NCBI RefSeq assembly: GCF_009914755.1
Contig: NC_060937.1
Origin: the human T2T-CHM13v2.0 reference genome, Homo sapiens
Length of the DNA: 64,000 nucleotides
Direction: 5' to 3' (one strand)
Shown here: positions 1 to 13,048 of the stretch, piece after piece
Layout of the letters: every line of letters begins with the position of its first letter
How positions within the stretch are numbered: the stretch's first letter is position 1
Position numbers and translations under genes: made by a program
The notes under the pieces: generated by a model
What the model was told of the DNA's origin: nothing
The model's database searches: none
What the model saw: the letters and a program-made list of their open reading frames with translations, nothing else

Positions 1-87
1 GAACAGACAGTTGAAAACTCAGGACAAATGTCACAGAGGAGGAGTCCTGCATAGAATTTCTTCTTCCCTCGTTTCCTCCATCCTTCC

Positions 88-880
<793 letters not shown>

Positions 881-889
881 TTACTTCCC

Positions 890-1015
890 GCTTTCTGTCC
901 TTTTTCCCTCCTTCCATTCATGTCCCCTTTCCTTCCTTCCTCCTTTTCTTCCTCCTTCCCTCTCCTTTTATCCTCTCTTCCCTCCCTTCTTTTCCTCTCC
1001 TCTCCTGTCCTCTTC
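890..1015. repeat. CT-rich low-complexity tract
   Basis: Almost pure C/T for about 125 bp. Confidence 0.9.
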
Positions 1016-1396
1016 TTTGAATCTATGTATGCAAACAATATAGGTGGGCTTGTTTTTACTAAAACAATATAATATTACACATATTATTCTGCAGTGTGGA
1101 CAGGATTATTTTAGGTAGGGCAATGGGTGGAGAAGATCATTCCAGGTGCACAGGTGCCTGAGCAGAGACACACAGATGCGAGAATGTTCAGAAGAGAGTA
1201 AATAGAGCAGTTTGATGAGAGGGAGAGGGAGAAGAAGGAGAAGGAGGGGAAAAAGAAAGAGGAGCTCCTTAGGCTACTGAGGACAGAGGAGAGTCAGGAT
1301 GCCGTGGAGTGAAAGATAGGCAAGAACACAGTGGCAGCTTGTGCTGAGAGGATGGCAGGGAAAGGATGGCTTTGCAGACAAACATGAGGGTGTCAT

Positions 1397-1641
<245 letters not shown>

Positions 1642-1899
1642 TGAGACTGTCATTTCTTGAACTATAGATTGGGAGGGGTGGGGTGAAGAGGAAGTCAGCA
1701 TGGCTTTGAGATTTTGAGCACTGGGTACCTGGGATTGGTGGAGCTAGACTCTTGGGTATCATGCCTGACTTCTGTTTGTCACTGCCAACGAACAATCAAT
1801 CAACAGGATACTGTCAATAAATTCTGCCTAATTATGCTCTCAGAGTTCCTCCTAATCATCTCTTCATACTTATTCTTTAGAACTTGATTCAGCCATCCT

Positions 1900-2150
1900 A
1901 TCTTCTGAGAAAACTTCCAGATTCCCTCCTCCTCAGTCTGGGTGAGGTTTCTCACTTAAGTGCCTCTCTTCAATGCACTCATAATATCTTGTGTCTCTCC
2001 GCATTTTCACATTTTCTTAGAATTGCCTGATTATAAGTCTGTCTCCTCCACTAGATTATGAAGGCCTTGAGGGCAAGGATTGGATCTTATTAATCTTTGT
2101 ATTTTCAGTGCTTTGCCCACTGCCTGGCATCTGTTTTGCACAAATCTCTG
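1900..2150 (+). mobile_element. L2 3' end fragment
   Basis: CCACTAGATTATGAAGGCCTTGAGGGCAAGGA..TGCCTGGCA resembles the L2 tail. Confidence 0.7.
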
Positions 2151-2164
2151 CTGAAGGGAAGCCT

Positions 2165-2720
2165 GGATGTTGAACATGCTGTTGAACATGTTTTGAACGT
2201 GTTTGACTAGAACATCTTGATGGGAATGTCCACGAGTCAGCTAGAAATGTAGGTCTGGGGCTCTGGGAAGATGTCAGAGATGCAGAGGCAGACTGTGAGT
2301 CGTCTGCAAAGAGGTGAAGCAATGAACCTGGCTAGAGAAGAAGACTGAGGGTAGGACCTTGGGGAGTCCTCAGATTTAGAGAGTGAGAAAGAGACACTGG
2401 TGAAAGCAACCAAGAAGGAGCATTCAGAAACGTGGGGAACACCCAGGCTGCTAAAATGGCAGACAAACCAAGAACGTTTGAAGAAGACAGGATGGTCAGC
2501 AGGGTCAAAGGCTGCCTGGAAGTCAGAGGGATGAGTGAGGAAAGGTCTTTCCTATGGCATTTGGGAGATGGTTCCTGAGCCGTGTGAGATGAGGCAGGTG
2601 GACAGGCAATAAGGGATAAAAGGAGATTGAGTGGGGAGGCGGTGGAAACACCAGTACCTCTTTCGACGTATGTGGAAGGGAAGGAAAGGAGGGATATGAA
2701 AACAGGACCTGAGCAAGTAG
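2165..2720 (-). mobile_element. L2 fragment (ORF2 region)
   Basis: Purine-rich antisense L2 signature, e.g. GAAGTCAGAGGGATGAGTGAGGAAAGG. Confidence 0.65.
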
Positions 2721-3152
2721 CAGAGCGACATAAATCTGATTGAAAGGATGTGAGGGGGCTTAATGTGGAAATGACTGAGCATGGACTACAGGCTGGGCTG
2801 GAGTCAGGATGAGAATGAGAGATGAAAAAAGCAGAGGGCTGGCACCTGGAGTTCATGAGAGGTCACAGCAGGTCTCCGTGGCATGGGACATATCTCCCTT
2901 AGTGCACTCCTCCCCAGCCTTACAGAGCAGCATCCATCTACACCAATGCAACCTCATTCCTTCTGATGGGTTTGGAAGGAAAAAGAATGCTTGCTAGAAA
3001 ATGTCTGTGGGCCCTTTGTTTCCAAAAGAGCCTCATAACCCCTGTTCCCTGATGGACTTCAGGTCTTAGGGACCTGAAGATCTCTAAGAGCAAATTCTAG
3101 CCTGTCTACATCTGCGTGCCTTCACCCATGTTTGAGTCTGGAGGATTCTGAG

Positions 3153-3489
3153 TACTGTCACTTGTCTGTATCTGTGGGTTCATCTATGGATTCAACCAAA
3201 TGCAGATCAAAAATATTCAGAAAAAAATTCCACAAAGTTCTAAGAAGCAAAACTTGAATTTGCCTAGTGCTGAGCATTATGTTGAATCCACGCAAATGAA
3301 GTGATGTGTAGGCATTGTATTCAGTATTATAAGTAATGTAGAGATGATTCAAAGTATTTGGGAGGATGTGCGTAGGTTATATGCAAATGTTATGCCATTT
3401 TATATAAGGGACTTGAGCATGCATGGATTTTGGTACCCACAGGGGATCCTGGAACCAATCCCTCATAGATACAGAGGGATGACTGTACT
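3153..3489 (-). mobile_element. MER2-like TcMar-Tigger DNA transposon
   Basis: GGGATCCTGGAACCAATCCC..GAGGGATGACTGTA terminus with TA; matching degenerate left end. Confidence 0.85.
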
Positions 3490-6400
3490 TGGATTTCTCT
3501 CTGTGGCTTATGCCTCAGTGTCCACAGTTTCTTTCTCCTCCTTCTCTTTTCATTACCATTTGCCAACAAAACGACTCTAAGGGTGGTACAGGAACTCACA
3601 GAACAGCTTCACACATCTGGGACTGTCAGTCTGGAAGGCATGCATGGCGCAACACCATAGTCTGAGCAGCTGAACAAAGATGGCCTTTGTCCATTGGTAA
3701 CAGCTGTTAGGGAAGCTATTTCCTTTTTGGGGATTTGGTAGTGGGGCATTTGGAGGTCTTTGAGGAGCCTACAAATGTCTGCTTCCAAGGTGCAGGTCTA
3801 GTTGGCTGATTAACCAGCATGGGTCAGCAAAACATACAAATGTGCATTTTCCCCATGGAGGAAGCCAGGTCATTGACTTCAGTCCATGAATGTTGTCCAT
3901 GGTTATATCCTCTGGAGTTACACATGCCCACGAGTTGCCAAGAGGCAGTCAGGTGGAAGCTCCATGACATTCTCACCATCCCACTGCTCTTCGGGCCTGT
4001 AGCTCCTTCTCACTCTGATTTTTATTTTTATATTTTTTTCCTCTCATGCTTTTAAATTCTTTCTGGACAATGGCTAAGCCATAAGCATTAAAGCTAGGAT
4101 CAAAAGCCAGCTTTTGCTTAGGAAGTCCCTTCTGGGGTGGAGGTGGAGGGGGAGGGTTGGCTCCGTGGGCTCAGGACCCTGCTCTATATGAGGCCCTCCT
4201 CTTCTCTTTCCATAGTCTGGCCCTGTCCCAAGCCTGCCGTCCACTTGACCAATTCCTCACCTGAGGTGCAGACGCTTGTGGGATTGGAAACACAGCTCCG
4301 GTTTTAAAATATGCTTCCTTCTCAGAGTACAGATGATTCATATAAAGCTTCTACCTTTAATTTTTCCTATTCTTTGCTTTTCTATTGATTCCTTGGATTT
4401 CACAGAGAGGGCTTATTTGATTTGGGGATGGATTATGCAATTACTTTACATTTTATCTGAGCAACACAATACAGGCAGAGTGGATTTTATTTAAAAAGTC
4501 TGAATTGTCAGGATGATGCCACCCACAGAGACCTAACTTTGGAGAAGACAGGGCCCTGGGGGGCATGCAACAAGAACCCCAGTTCTCTGTGTACCGGGGA
4601 CCCTGTCCTGGCAGGAGCTTGGAGAGCAGACCTTGTATTGCAGAACAAGGGGTTATCTTTCCTTCAGCTTCAGCCTGATCCATTTGTCACTTTGGATTAT
4701 TTCTCTTATACCTGCGCAGAGTGGCAACGTCGTGAATTTTGAAGATTCCTAGTGTGCTTTGTTGTGTCACGAAACACAAATACCATCTCCTTTCAGCTCT
4801 GGCTTTCACAGGGTCTGCCCGAATACATTTGTGTTGTCTCCAAACCTGGCACTTTAAAACAAATGAAAAGGCCCCTGAATGACAAACATGGCACACATAG
4901 TGGGAGGGCCATTTGCAGGGAAATTGTTGCAAGGAGAATCGGTACTTTATGAATATTCACTGAAGTGTAAACCTGCACATTGCTCATACGCTTTTCTGCA
5001 TTCTAATTTGCCCATGAATGCAAATGAGTCCTGTGTAAAATAGAGAGGGGGAAGCAGTCTCCTCACAGAACACCTAATTGAAAGATGTTTGTACATCATG
5101 TTTGATATTTAGTAAACAGAGAGACAAATCCAATCGTTTTCCAAATGAGACCTCAGAAACAATAAAAAATAATGATCACAAAAACCTGGAGAGTAGAAAT
5201 GTGCAGAACTAACTGCTTTCCTAAAAAGGGGGAATAATTACTCTGTCTCAGAGTGCAATTAGTGTCCTAATTACACAAAGGTGTATTTTGCTTATCTCTT
5301 CAGTAAACCCTTTGTCAAGATTTAGCTGTTTCCAGGAGCCATACAACAGAGGGGCTGGGTTCTGCACTTGGGGTAGGCAATAGATGTCCTGTGGGAGAGG
5401 GGCCCGGTTAGATGGGACTTTGGGAAGTAACTTCGTCTTTCTTTTAGACTGACAGATGGTTTCAGTCCGGGTTGGACTGCCTGCTGCTGCTTTCAATGCA
5501 AGAGTGCTACCTTTTTGGATTCATGAAAGCTACTCAATCAAAGATAAAAAGGCAGGCCAGTGTGGGGAATCAATAAAATCTCTACTTTCAGCTGGAGTGT
5601 CTAATAGTAATTCTTCTCGTGTCACTGCCTGGTTAAACAGTCATACTCCTGCTAAAAGCCCTATAAGACATAATAGATTCATGTGGCTTTGCTCTATTGT
5701 GTTGCATTTGGCCTGGAAAAGGGGAAAGGGGCTCCTGTTTTTCTAAAACAAACCAGACACTGAAGCATTGTGTATCAAAATGTATTCACCCATTGCAAAT
5801 TGTCTCATTAGAGCAGAGGGGATTTCCTTGCATACCTCTTGTGGAGCTATTTCCAGACATCAGATATATTCATTGCAAACCCTCCCTTGGAGATGTTTTA
5901 GTACCAGTTCTGAGTCATTCTGCTTACATTTAAATGCATTTTTTTTTTTGGTAGTGGTGGTGGTTGTTGTTTTGGAAAAATCATAAAAATAAGTACTTTT
6001 GATTTCAAACAGATCCAGTTGTGCATATTGAGATCTGTCCCTGAGAAATGGACAGCAAATGCTACCCATCTCAGAGCTGGACTGGACAGCACCCATGGCT
6101 GTCATGGCAGATAGTCTCAGGCAGGGCATCTTTGGTGATGGCTTCTCAAGAAACAAGTTTACCTTGGGCTGGGAGGCAGGGTTTTCCTTAGTCTGTGAGT
6201 GGCAGCATGGTCAAGATCTGTGTGTAATTCCCTCACTCTACCCCAGCACACTCATGGGCCCTTGAATGGTCCTGAACCCATGGCCAATATGGCAGTGAAT
6301 CATGGAGATGTCGAGTGTTTTTCCTTCCAATCTTTCCTCCTTCAGGGTTACAGAGAAAAAATGAAGTATTTGTGCCTGAGTTGAGAAGCATTAAATGGAA

Positions 6401-7369
6401 TTGGCTGGGTTACCACCCACACATTGGCATCAGGGATTTTGAGTGAATGAGAATCACAGAGCATGTTATTCGCCATCTGGGGTGAGAAAGACGTGATGGG
6501 ACTAGCGGCACTCTGTTGGCCATTCCAAGCAGGCCCTTTGATCAGGAGTGTCCTTTGTGAAGCCTTCTCCTGAACCCTCCTCTCCCACGTTCCTCCAAAC
6601 CCAGGCCCCTCCCCACCCTCTGCTGCTACCCTCTGGAGGTTTGTTGCCAGCCGTTGGGTCACACCTGAGCCCTTTCTGGAGTATCATGTGAACCTGCGGA
6701 AGTGAGGAAAATATCGAGCGTCTTTCCCTTGGCTGCCCCTTCGAGCCCTTCCCCAGGAAAACTTCAGCAGATGTAGACAAGATTTTAATAGCTACATAAA
6801 AAGAAATGCATGACAATCTCATTAGGGGAGCCATAATGGCCTGTTGGAGGATCTCAGAGCGGACAATAGATCAACGTCCAGCTTGTTGCAGCATCCCTAA
6901 CGATGGCAGTTTGCCCCTCCTCATAATGGCCCATTCATCACCCATTTGACCTCGTTCCCAATAATACTTTGCCCTCACTTGCATCAGTCTCCCTTTGAGG
7001 CCCTCCACAATTGCTGCCACCACTCTTTAAGTGGGGTTAAATCAGAGCCAGTAAGTGACAATCATAAAAAAGCAGTTAGTGGGCCACCCCACGGCTTGCC
7101 CGATATGGCACATTAGGGCTCTTTCTTTTCTTTTCCCAGCAGTCTTCGGCCGCACTTCATCCTGAGCCTAGCATCTGCAGGAGGCCAAGGCTGGTGGACC
7201 GGGGGTCCGGGATTTCCAACCACCTGCCAAGGAAAAAGGAAGTCAGTGCTGGAGGAGGGAGGAGGAGGAATCTACATATTCTGCAGACCTTCTTGTTTAT
7301 CATGAGCGAGGGCAGGAGAATCGTTATTAATGGTATCAGGCCATTGTCTTTCTTATGTGCCTCCGAGGG

Positions 7370-7700
7370 CAGCGGACATAATTAAAGTCCAAGCTGAGTT
7401 CATTTTTCCCCCTGGTGGCTTAAATGGCCTGGAGTCATTTCCCATTTCTCCCTTCCCACTAGCGCCAGTCCTCCCTCGCTGCTGAAAAATTCAACATTCC
7501 TATAAACTACAGTACTTCGTAAAGGTCACGCGCCAGTTAATCTGAACCTGGGGTCTGGCGCCAGCCCCGCTCACGGTGGCTGCGAGGATGGCCATGCAGC
7601 CCGGTCACGTGGGGCCCGCCTGTGGAGAACGGAGAGGGGCACGAGGCAGGCACGCAGAGCTCTTTAAATATTGCTGAGCATTTCCTGGATCAGCATGATA
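7370..7700. promoter_or_regulatory. Candidate enhancer/promoter with locally retained CpGs
   Basis: About 14 CpGs in 7460-7660; CTCF-like CCCCCTGGTGG 7408-7418, AAAGGTCA 7521-7528, GTCACGTG 7604-7611; lies in a TE-free block. Confidence 0.45.
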
Positions 7701-8227
7701 TTTAAAGATTTTTGTTCCACCTGCCTGCGAAATATAGAGTCCAGCCGAGAGGCAAGAAAATGAATATGGATTTCTTGCCCTTTCAGTGTATTCACTCCAG
7801 AAAATAGCCATTTCTTTTTTTCGTTTTGCTGAGCCGAGGACTGCAGGCTTCAGGCTGCCACGATTACAATCATGCATCATGAATGAAATGTGCCATTTGG
7901 AGAAAATCAGCCACTCATTCCATTTCAAAACTCTACACAAATCAATAGTGCTAGCAGAGTTTTCAGGCTGAGCTGGACGTTGTGCTTGAACTAAAGCACT
8001 TTCTCAACATATTTCTGATACTCAGAGCAGCAGCCTGGGGCAGGCTCCGAGCCTGGGCCTCCACTGAGTGGAATATCAGCCTCCAAAAGCTGGTTGGGCA
8101 CGTGATGAGTCAGGGAGACTTAGTGCTGATGGATGGAACTCTGGCAGGGTCAGAGAACATGCTTTCTAGCTTGAGTTCCGCCTGAACTAGCTTCCTATTC
8201 ACGCTGTATTCAAAAAACATGTACTGT

Positions 8228-8528
8228 GGCCAGGCACAGTGGCTCACACCTGTAATCCCAGCACTTCGGGAGGCTGAGGCGGGTGGATCACTTGAGGCCA
8301 GGAGTTTGAGACCACCCTGGCCAACATGGTGAAACCCGTCTCTACTAAAAATACAAAAATTAGCCAGGCATAGTGGCACATGTCTGTAATCCCAGCTACT
8401 GGAAGGCTGAGGCACGAGAATCGCTTGAACCGGAAGGCAGAAGTTGCAGCGAGCCAAGATTGCACCCTTGTACTCCAGCCTGGGCAATAGGGACTCCGTC
8501 TCAAAAACAAAATGAAACAAAACAAAAC
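8228..8528 (+). mobile_element. AluSz/Sx inserted in an antisense L2 tail
   Basis: Full-length Alu; TSD AAAACATGTA(C/T)TGTG. Confidence 0.95.
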
Positions 8529-9099
8529 ATGTATTGTGCACTTCCTGTGTGCCAGGCCCTGTACTAAGCCCTTGGGATACAAGAGCACACAAGATAGACA
8601 CAGACTTTACCTTCATATGGCTTCTAGAGGTTAATGAGGGAGATGGAAAAATTACTGGGCAGTTATGATGCAGTGTGATAATCTTAGGACATTGGGAAAA
8701 TTTTCATCTCTCTCTGGTTCCTCATTTTCTTATAGGTGAACTGAGGAGATTTAAATAGATAAAACCTCAAGGCATTCTCCCATTCCAGGATTCTAACCAA
8801 TCAGTAGGGCAATTAGACAATTGGGCATTCTGATCTCACCTCCACTCCCAGTGCTGGACAAGGCTCTTGATCCCCTCGTTCTCAAGGTCACCACAACCTA
8901 GTTGCAGACATGAGACTCATGCAAATGAAATGTAAATTCACAGTTGAGGTGTCAGATAAATGTTATGGACTTTGAGAAGTTTTCGCCATCCAGAGAGTTT
9001 CCTGGGAGTTCAGAGAAGAGAGAGAGGGTTAAGCACCTTATCAATGTCAGACACGCTTTTCTCTGCACCTTCTTAACCACTCCCTTGGCTCCCATGACT

Positions 9100-9470
9100 T
9101 AAGTTACTTATATATGGACAAGAATCCTAAATCCTAAATGTACGTCTCCAGCCTAGACATTTCCCATAATGTTTTCCCTTGACTATCTCCTCCTTATTTT
9201 CCATTTCCCATTTAAGTACTGTTTGCTCCACAAGGCTTCATTTCCTTGGACCAAGTTAGGTCTCCTATCACATGTTCCTGTGGTACCCTGGTTTTTATCA
9301 GAGTAGTTACCACACATTTTTGTAATGTTTTAATGAACTCTCTCTTCCACAAGCCTGCAAGATCCTCAAGGGCAGGACCATGTATATCTACCCAACTCAC
9401 TGTTTTTTCCCTAGGCTTGGCATTTTATCAGTGTTTGGTGAGGACTTTGTTATACAAATGAATGATGATC
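9100..9470 (+). mobile_element. L2 fragments
   Basis: GCAAGATCCTCAAGGGCAGGACCATGT..AATGAATGA tail. Confidence 0.6.
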
Positions 9471-9651
9471 TAATTCTTCTAGAGAGTACATTTACCTTTC
9501 TTTAACGCATGCATCCAGGCCATTTCAGCCTGTTTGGGTCATTCATCCCAGAGTAAAATGAAACAAAAGTGGCACTGTACCAATATATTTCCAACAGAGT
9601 GTGGCGTCTTAGGCAGAGTTTCCTAAGAATCAGAGATTGAAACAAGGCTTG

Positions 9652-9970
9652 GGCTGAGCACGGTGGCTTACACCTATAACCCCAGCACGTTGGGATGCCT
9701 AGGTGGGCAGATTGCTAGAGCCCAGCAGTTCAAGACCAGCTTGGGCAACATAGGAAGACCTCGTCTCTACAAAAACCACAAAAAACGAGCCAGGCATTGT
9801 GGTATGTACCTGTAGTCCCAGCTACTCAGGAGGCTGAGGTGGAATGATAGATTGAGCCTGAGAGTTCAAGGCTGCAGTAAGCCATGATTATGCCACTGCA
9901 TTCCAGCCTGGGCAACAGAACAGGTCTCTGTCTCAAGAAAAAAAAAAAGAAAAAAGAAAAGAAGAAAAAA
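9652..9970 (+). mobile_element. AluJ
   Basis: Full-length Alu; perfect TSD GAAACAAGGCTT. Confidence 0.95.
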
Positions 9971-10136
9971 GAAACAAGGCTTAAGTGCTAATGTGTTATT
10001 TGGGAGGTACAATCCCAGGGCAATGGAAATGAAGGAAAAGAGAAATGAAGCAGGCAAGGACAGGCAGCAAATACAAGGTGTTGAGCTGCTGTGTTGGCCA
10101 CTGCTTCATGGTGTGTATGTGGGCACATACACAATG

Positions 10137-10137
<1 letters not shown>

Positions 10138-10167
<30 letters not shown>
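10138..10167. repeat. (CAA)n microsatellite
   Basis: About 9-10 CAA units. Confidence 0.95.
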
Positions 10168-10448
10168 AATGACAAAAAACCCACAGCTAGTTGCTCAGCA
10201 GGTACACCTGCTCAGCCATGCAGAATGTTTCTAGACAGACCAGACGGTAAAAACGTGCCTCAAAACAGTCCTTGGGAGGAGGAAGGGAAGGAGATTTTCC
10301 TCCCATTGCTACCTCTATCAGTCAAAGTTAAGCCCCATGGGGAGAGAACTTCCCTGTATTTATGGTCTGCTTTATCTGACACTGTTGAAAGCCACTCAAG
10401 AATTCTAAGCCCATGTGCTATGACGTGACATTTCATCCAATTCACATG

Positions 10449-11003
10449 TATGCAGAAAAGAGTAAATATAGCAGGCCAGAGACTGTAACCCTTAAAAAGG
10501 CCTGCTTGCAATGTTGACTGTTGGTGGCTTCTGGGAACTTAGATTTCAGGGGGATTCCTACTATTCCTTGCTAAGAATGGCTCACCATGCCTAAAAGTTT
10601 GGGGGCATGCCATGTAGTTTATGCTGAACATCTGCTTTCCTTCTGGGAGTCTGGAATTTTGGTATGTGCTGGCAGAGGGTACTTATGTGACCAGCTCCCA
10701 ATAAAAGCCCCCAGGCACTGAGTCTCCAATGCACTTCCGTGGTAGACATCTTTCACGTGTCTTGTCACAACCTACTGCTAGAGGAATGAAGTGAGTCCTG
10801 TGGGACTCTATTGGGGGAGCACTCTTGGAAGCTTGTGCCTGCTCTTCCCTGGACTTCACCCCATGTGCCTCTTTCCTTTGTTGATTGTGCTTTGTATCCT
10901 TTTGCCACAGTAAATCCTAGCCATGACTACTATATATGCTGAGTGCTATGAGTCCTCTTAGTGAATCATCAAACCTGGAGGTGGTCTTGGGGACCTTTGA
11001 CAC
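10449..11003 (+). mobile_element. MER68-like ERVL solo LTR
   Basis: Start TATGCAGAAAAGAGTAAATATAGCAGGCC; end GGTGGTCTTGGGGACCTTTGACA. Confidence 0.8.
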
Positions 11004-11659
11004 CACTTAGGTGGCTGGTTGACCTCAGGTGGAAGAGCCAAGCAGGCCTTGGGGAATTGGTTTGCCAAGGCTGTGACTGAGATGAAGCAGGAGGTTGAGG
11101 GTCAGGGAGACAGCTGAAGCTGAGGAGGCGCAAGGTATGTCTGATGCAGGTATCAAAAAGAGCCCAGATGGACCTTGGCTGCTACCAAATGTGCAAACTG
11201 CTGAGTGAGTTGGTGTTACTTTGATAAAATGGTAACAATTCTATCTGTCTTGCAGGGTTGTAAGGACTGGTATAACGTATGACTTTCTTCAGCCTGTTGA
11301 CTTTCAGGAAAAAGCATCTTGATCCCTTACCTTTAGGCTATAGTGTTTGGATGGACAACATAGAGTTGGGGGAGGAGGATGGAGAGAGTGAAGATGCAGC
11401 AGTGAGTGAAGATGGCCGCTGTGTATGGAAACTTCACTGGTGTTGGAATGGAATGTTCTGGCAAGATGGTGCCTGCTTCTAGGAGATGTACTATTAGGTT
11501 TTTCTGGATATAGAAGTGTTCCCAAGACAGTTCTCTTGGAGTAAGTCCAGCAGATTATTATATTGCCCAGTTGCCACTTCCAGATATTGGCCATTTTGGA
11601 CTTGACCAGCCCCAAACCGTACAGGACATTCTTAACAGGCCATATTTCATTTATCACTG

Positions 11660-11990
11660 AGTATTAGAATTATTTGGCTGCAAGCAACAGACTTCAACTA
11701 ATTTAAGCAAGAATCCATTATTGGACGGCTTCAGAGTGGCTTGCAAAGAATAGTAACTGAACAACTAGGCTTCAGGCAGGGCAGAAACCAGGGCAGGTCT
11801 TGGTCCCTCAGCAGGTGGATGAATCCCCTAGAGAATAATCCTTGGATGACAGCTATAATTGCTTGGCTCCCCTGCTCGTCAAACTCAAGGTTCAGATTCC
11901 TAGGAGAGGGCTGTGATTGGCAGCTCAATAGAAATATACCACAGGAGAGAGATTTCTCTAAAGGAAGGAGGATGCCATTAGCAGGAGCAG
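11660..11990 (-). mobile_element. Old MLT1 (J/K/L-like) LTR remnant
   Basis: TTGGCTGCAAGCAACAGAC..AATTTAAGCAA motif typical of old MLT1 ends. Confidence 0.45.
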
Positions 11991-12120
11991 GTAAGATGTT
12001 GACTCACACCTGCTTTTCTGACAGGGATTCTGCCCTATGTCCAAGCCACCAGGTCACTCTGCTTCTGTGACGTCTGAAGCCTGGTGCTATCAGGTTGCCT
12101 TGGGACTTTGTCAGATTTGG

Positions 12121-12519
<399 letters not shown>

Positions 12520-12804
12520 TAGGGATGGTACTGCTCTCTTGTCACCTAAGGGTATACCTTTGTAGAGCCTCAATGGCATTGTCCACCTTAGTGCTTATAT
12601 TTTTCATGCCTTTCTAAGCCTTTGAAGATACTCTGCCCTCTGCTTGAGGTGCTTTTTACTGTGCTACAAATGCCTACTCACCTTCAAGCTCAAATGTCAC
12701 CTCTTCTGTGAATACCACCCTGCCTGAAGTCTGTAGTTTAATGGCAGAGGCTCATGTAGAATCCAGATCCCCTGGTTTCCAGTTAGAGTCATTACAATAC
12801 AGGG

Positions 12805-13048
12805 ACTAGTAATTAGAGCTTTGGAGTCAAATAACTGTGGGTTTGAGTCCCAGTTCTGCATTTATGCTTTATGTAACCTTGAAAATGTTCCTTACCGTCT
12901 TGGAGACTTGAGTTTCTTTTCTTTAAAGGGGATATTAACAGTACCAACTTCATATGTTCAAGGGAAAATTAAACAAGGTAATGTATGTAAAGTGGTTTGC
13001 ACAATGCGTGGCATGCAGTAAGTGCTCAATAAATGTTAGCTATTATTC
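12805..13048 (+). mobile_element. MIR (near full length)
   Basis: GCTTTGGAGTCA..GTAAGTGCTCAATAAATGTTAGCTATTATT. Confidence 0.9.

Larger units (their letters stand above)
9605..11148 (-). mobile_element. Old ERVL LTR (LTR33-like) interrupted by AluJ, (CAA)n and MER68
   Basis: GTCTTAGGCAGAGTTTCCTAAG..AAACAAGG|AAGTGCTAATGTGTTATTTGGGAGGT resembles the LTR33 reverse-complement start; right boundary uncertain. Confidence 0.55.

Noticed and set aside
2332-2856. 174-aa minus-strand ORF
   Set aside because: Ser/Pro/Leu-rich translation of an L2 relic.
8110-8616. Alu-spanning ORFs (also 22384, 25775, 42178, 46408, 56888)
   Set aside because: Typical antisense-Alu translations.
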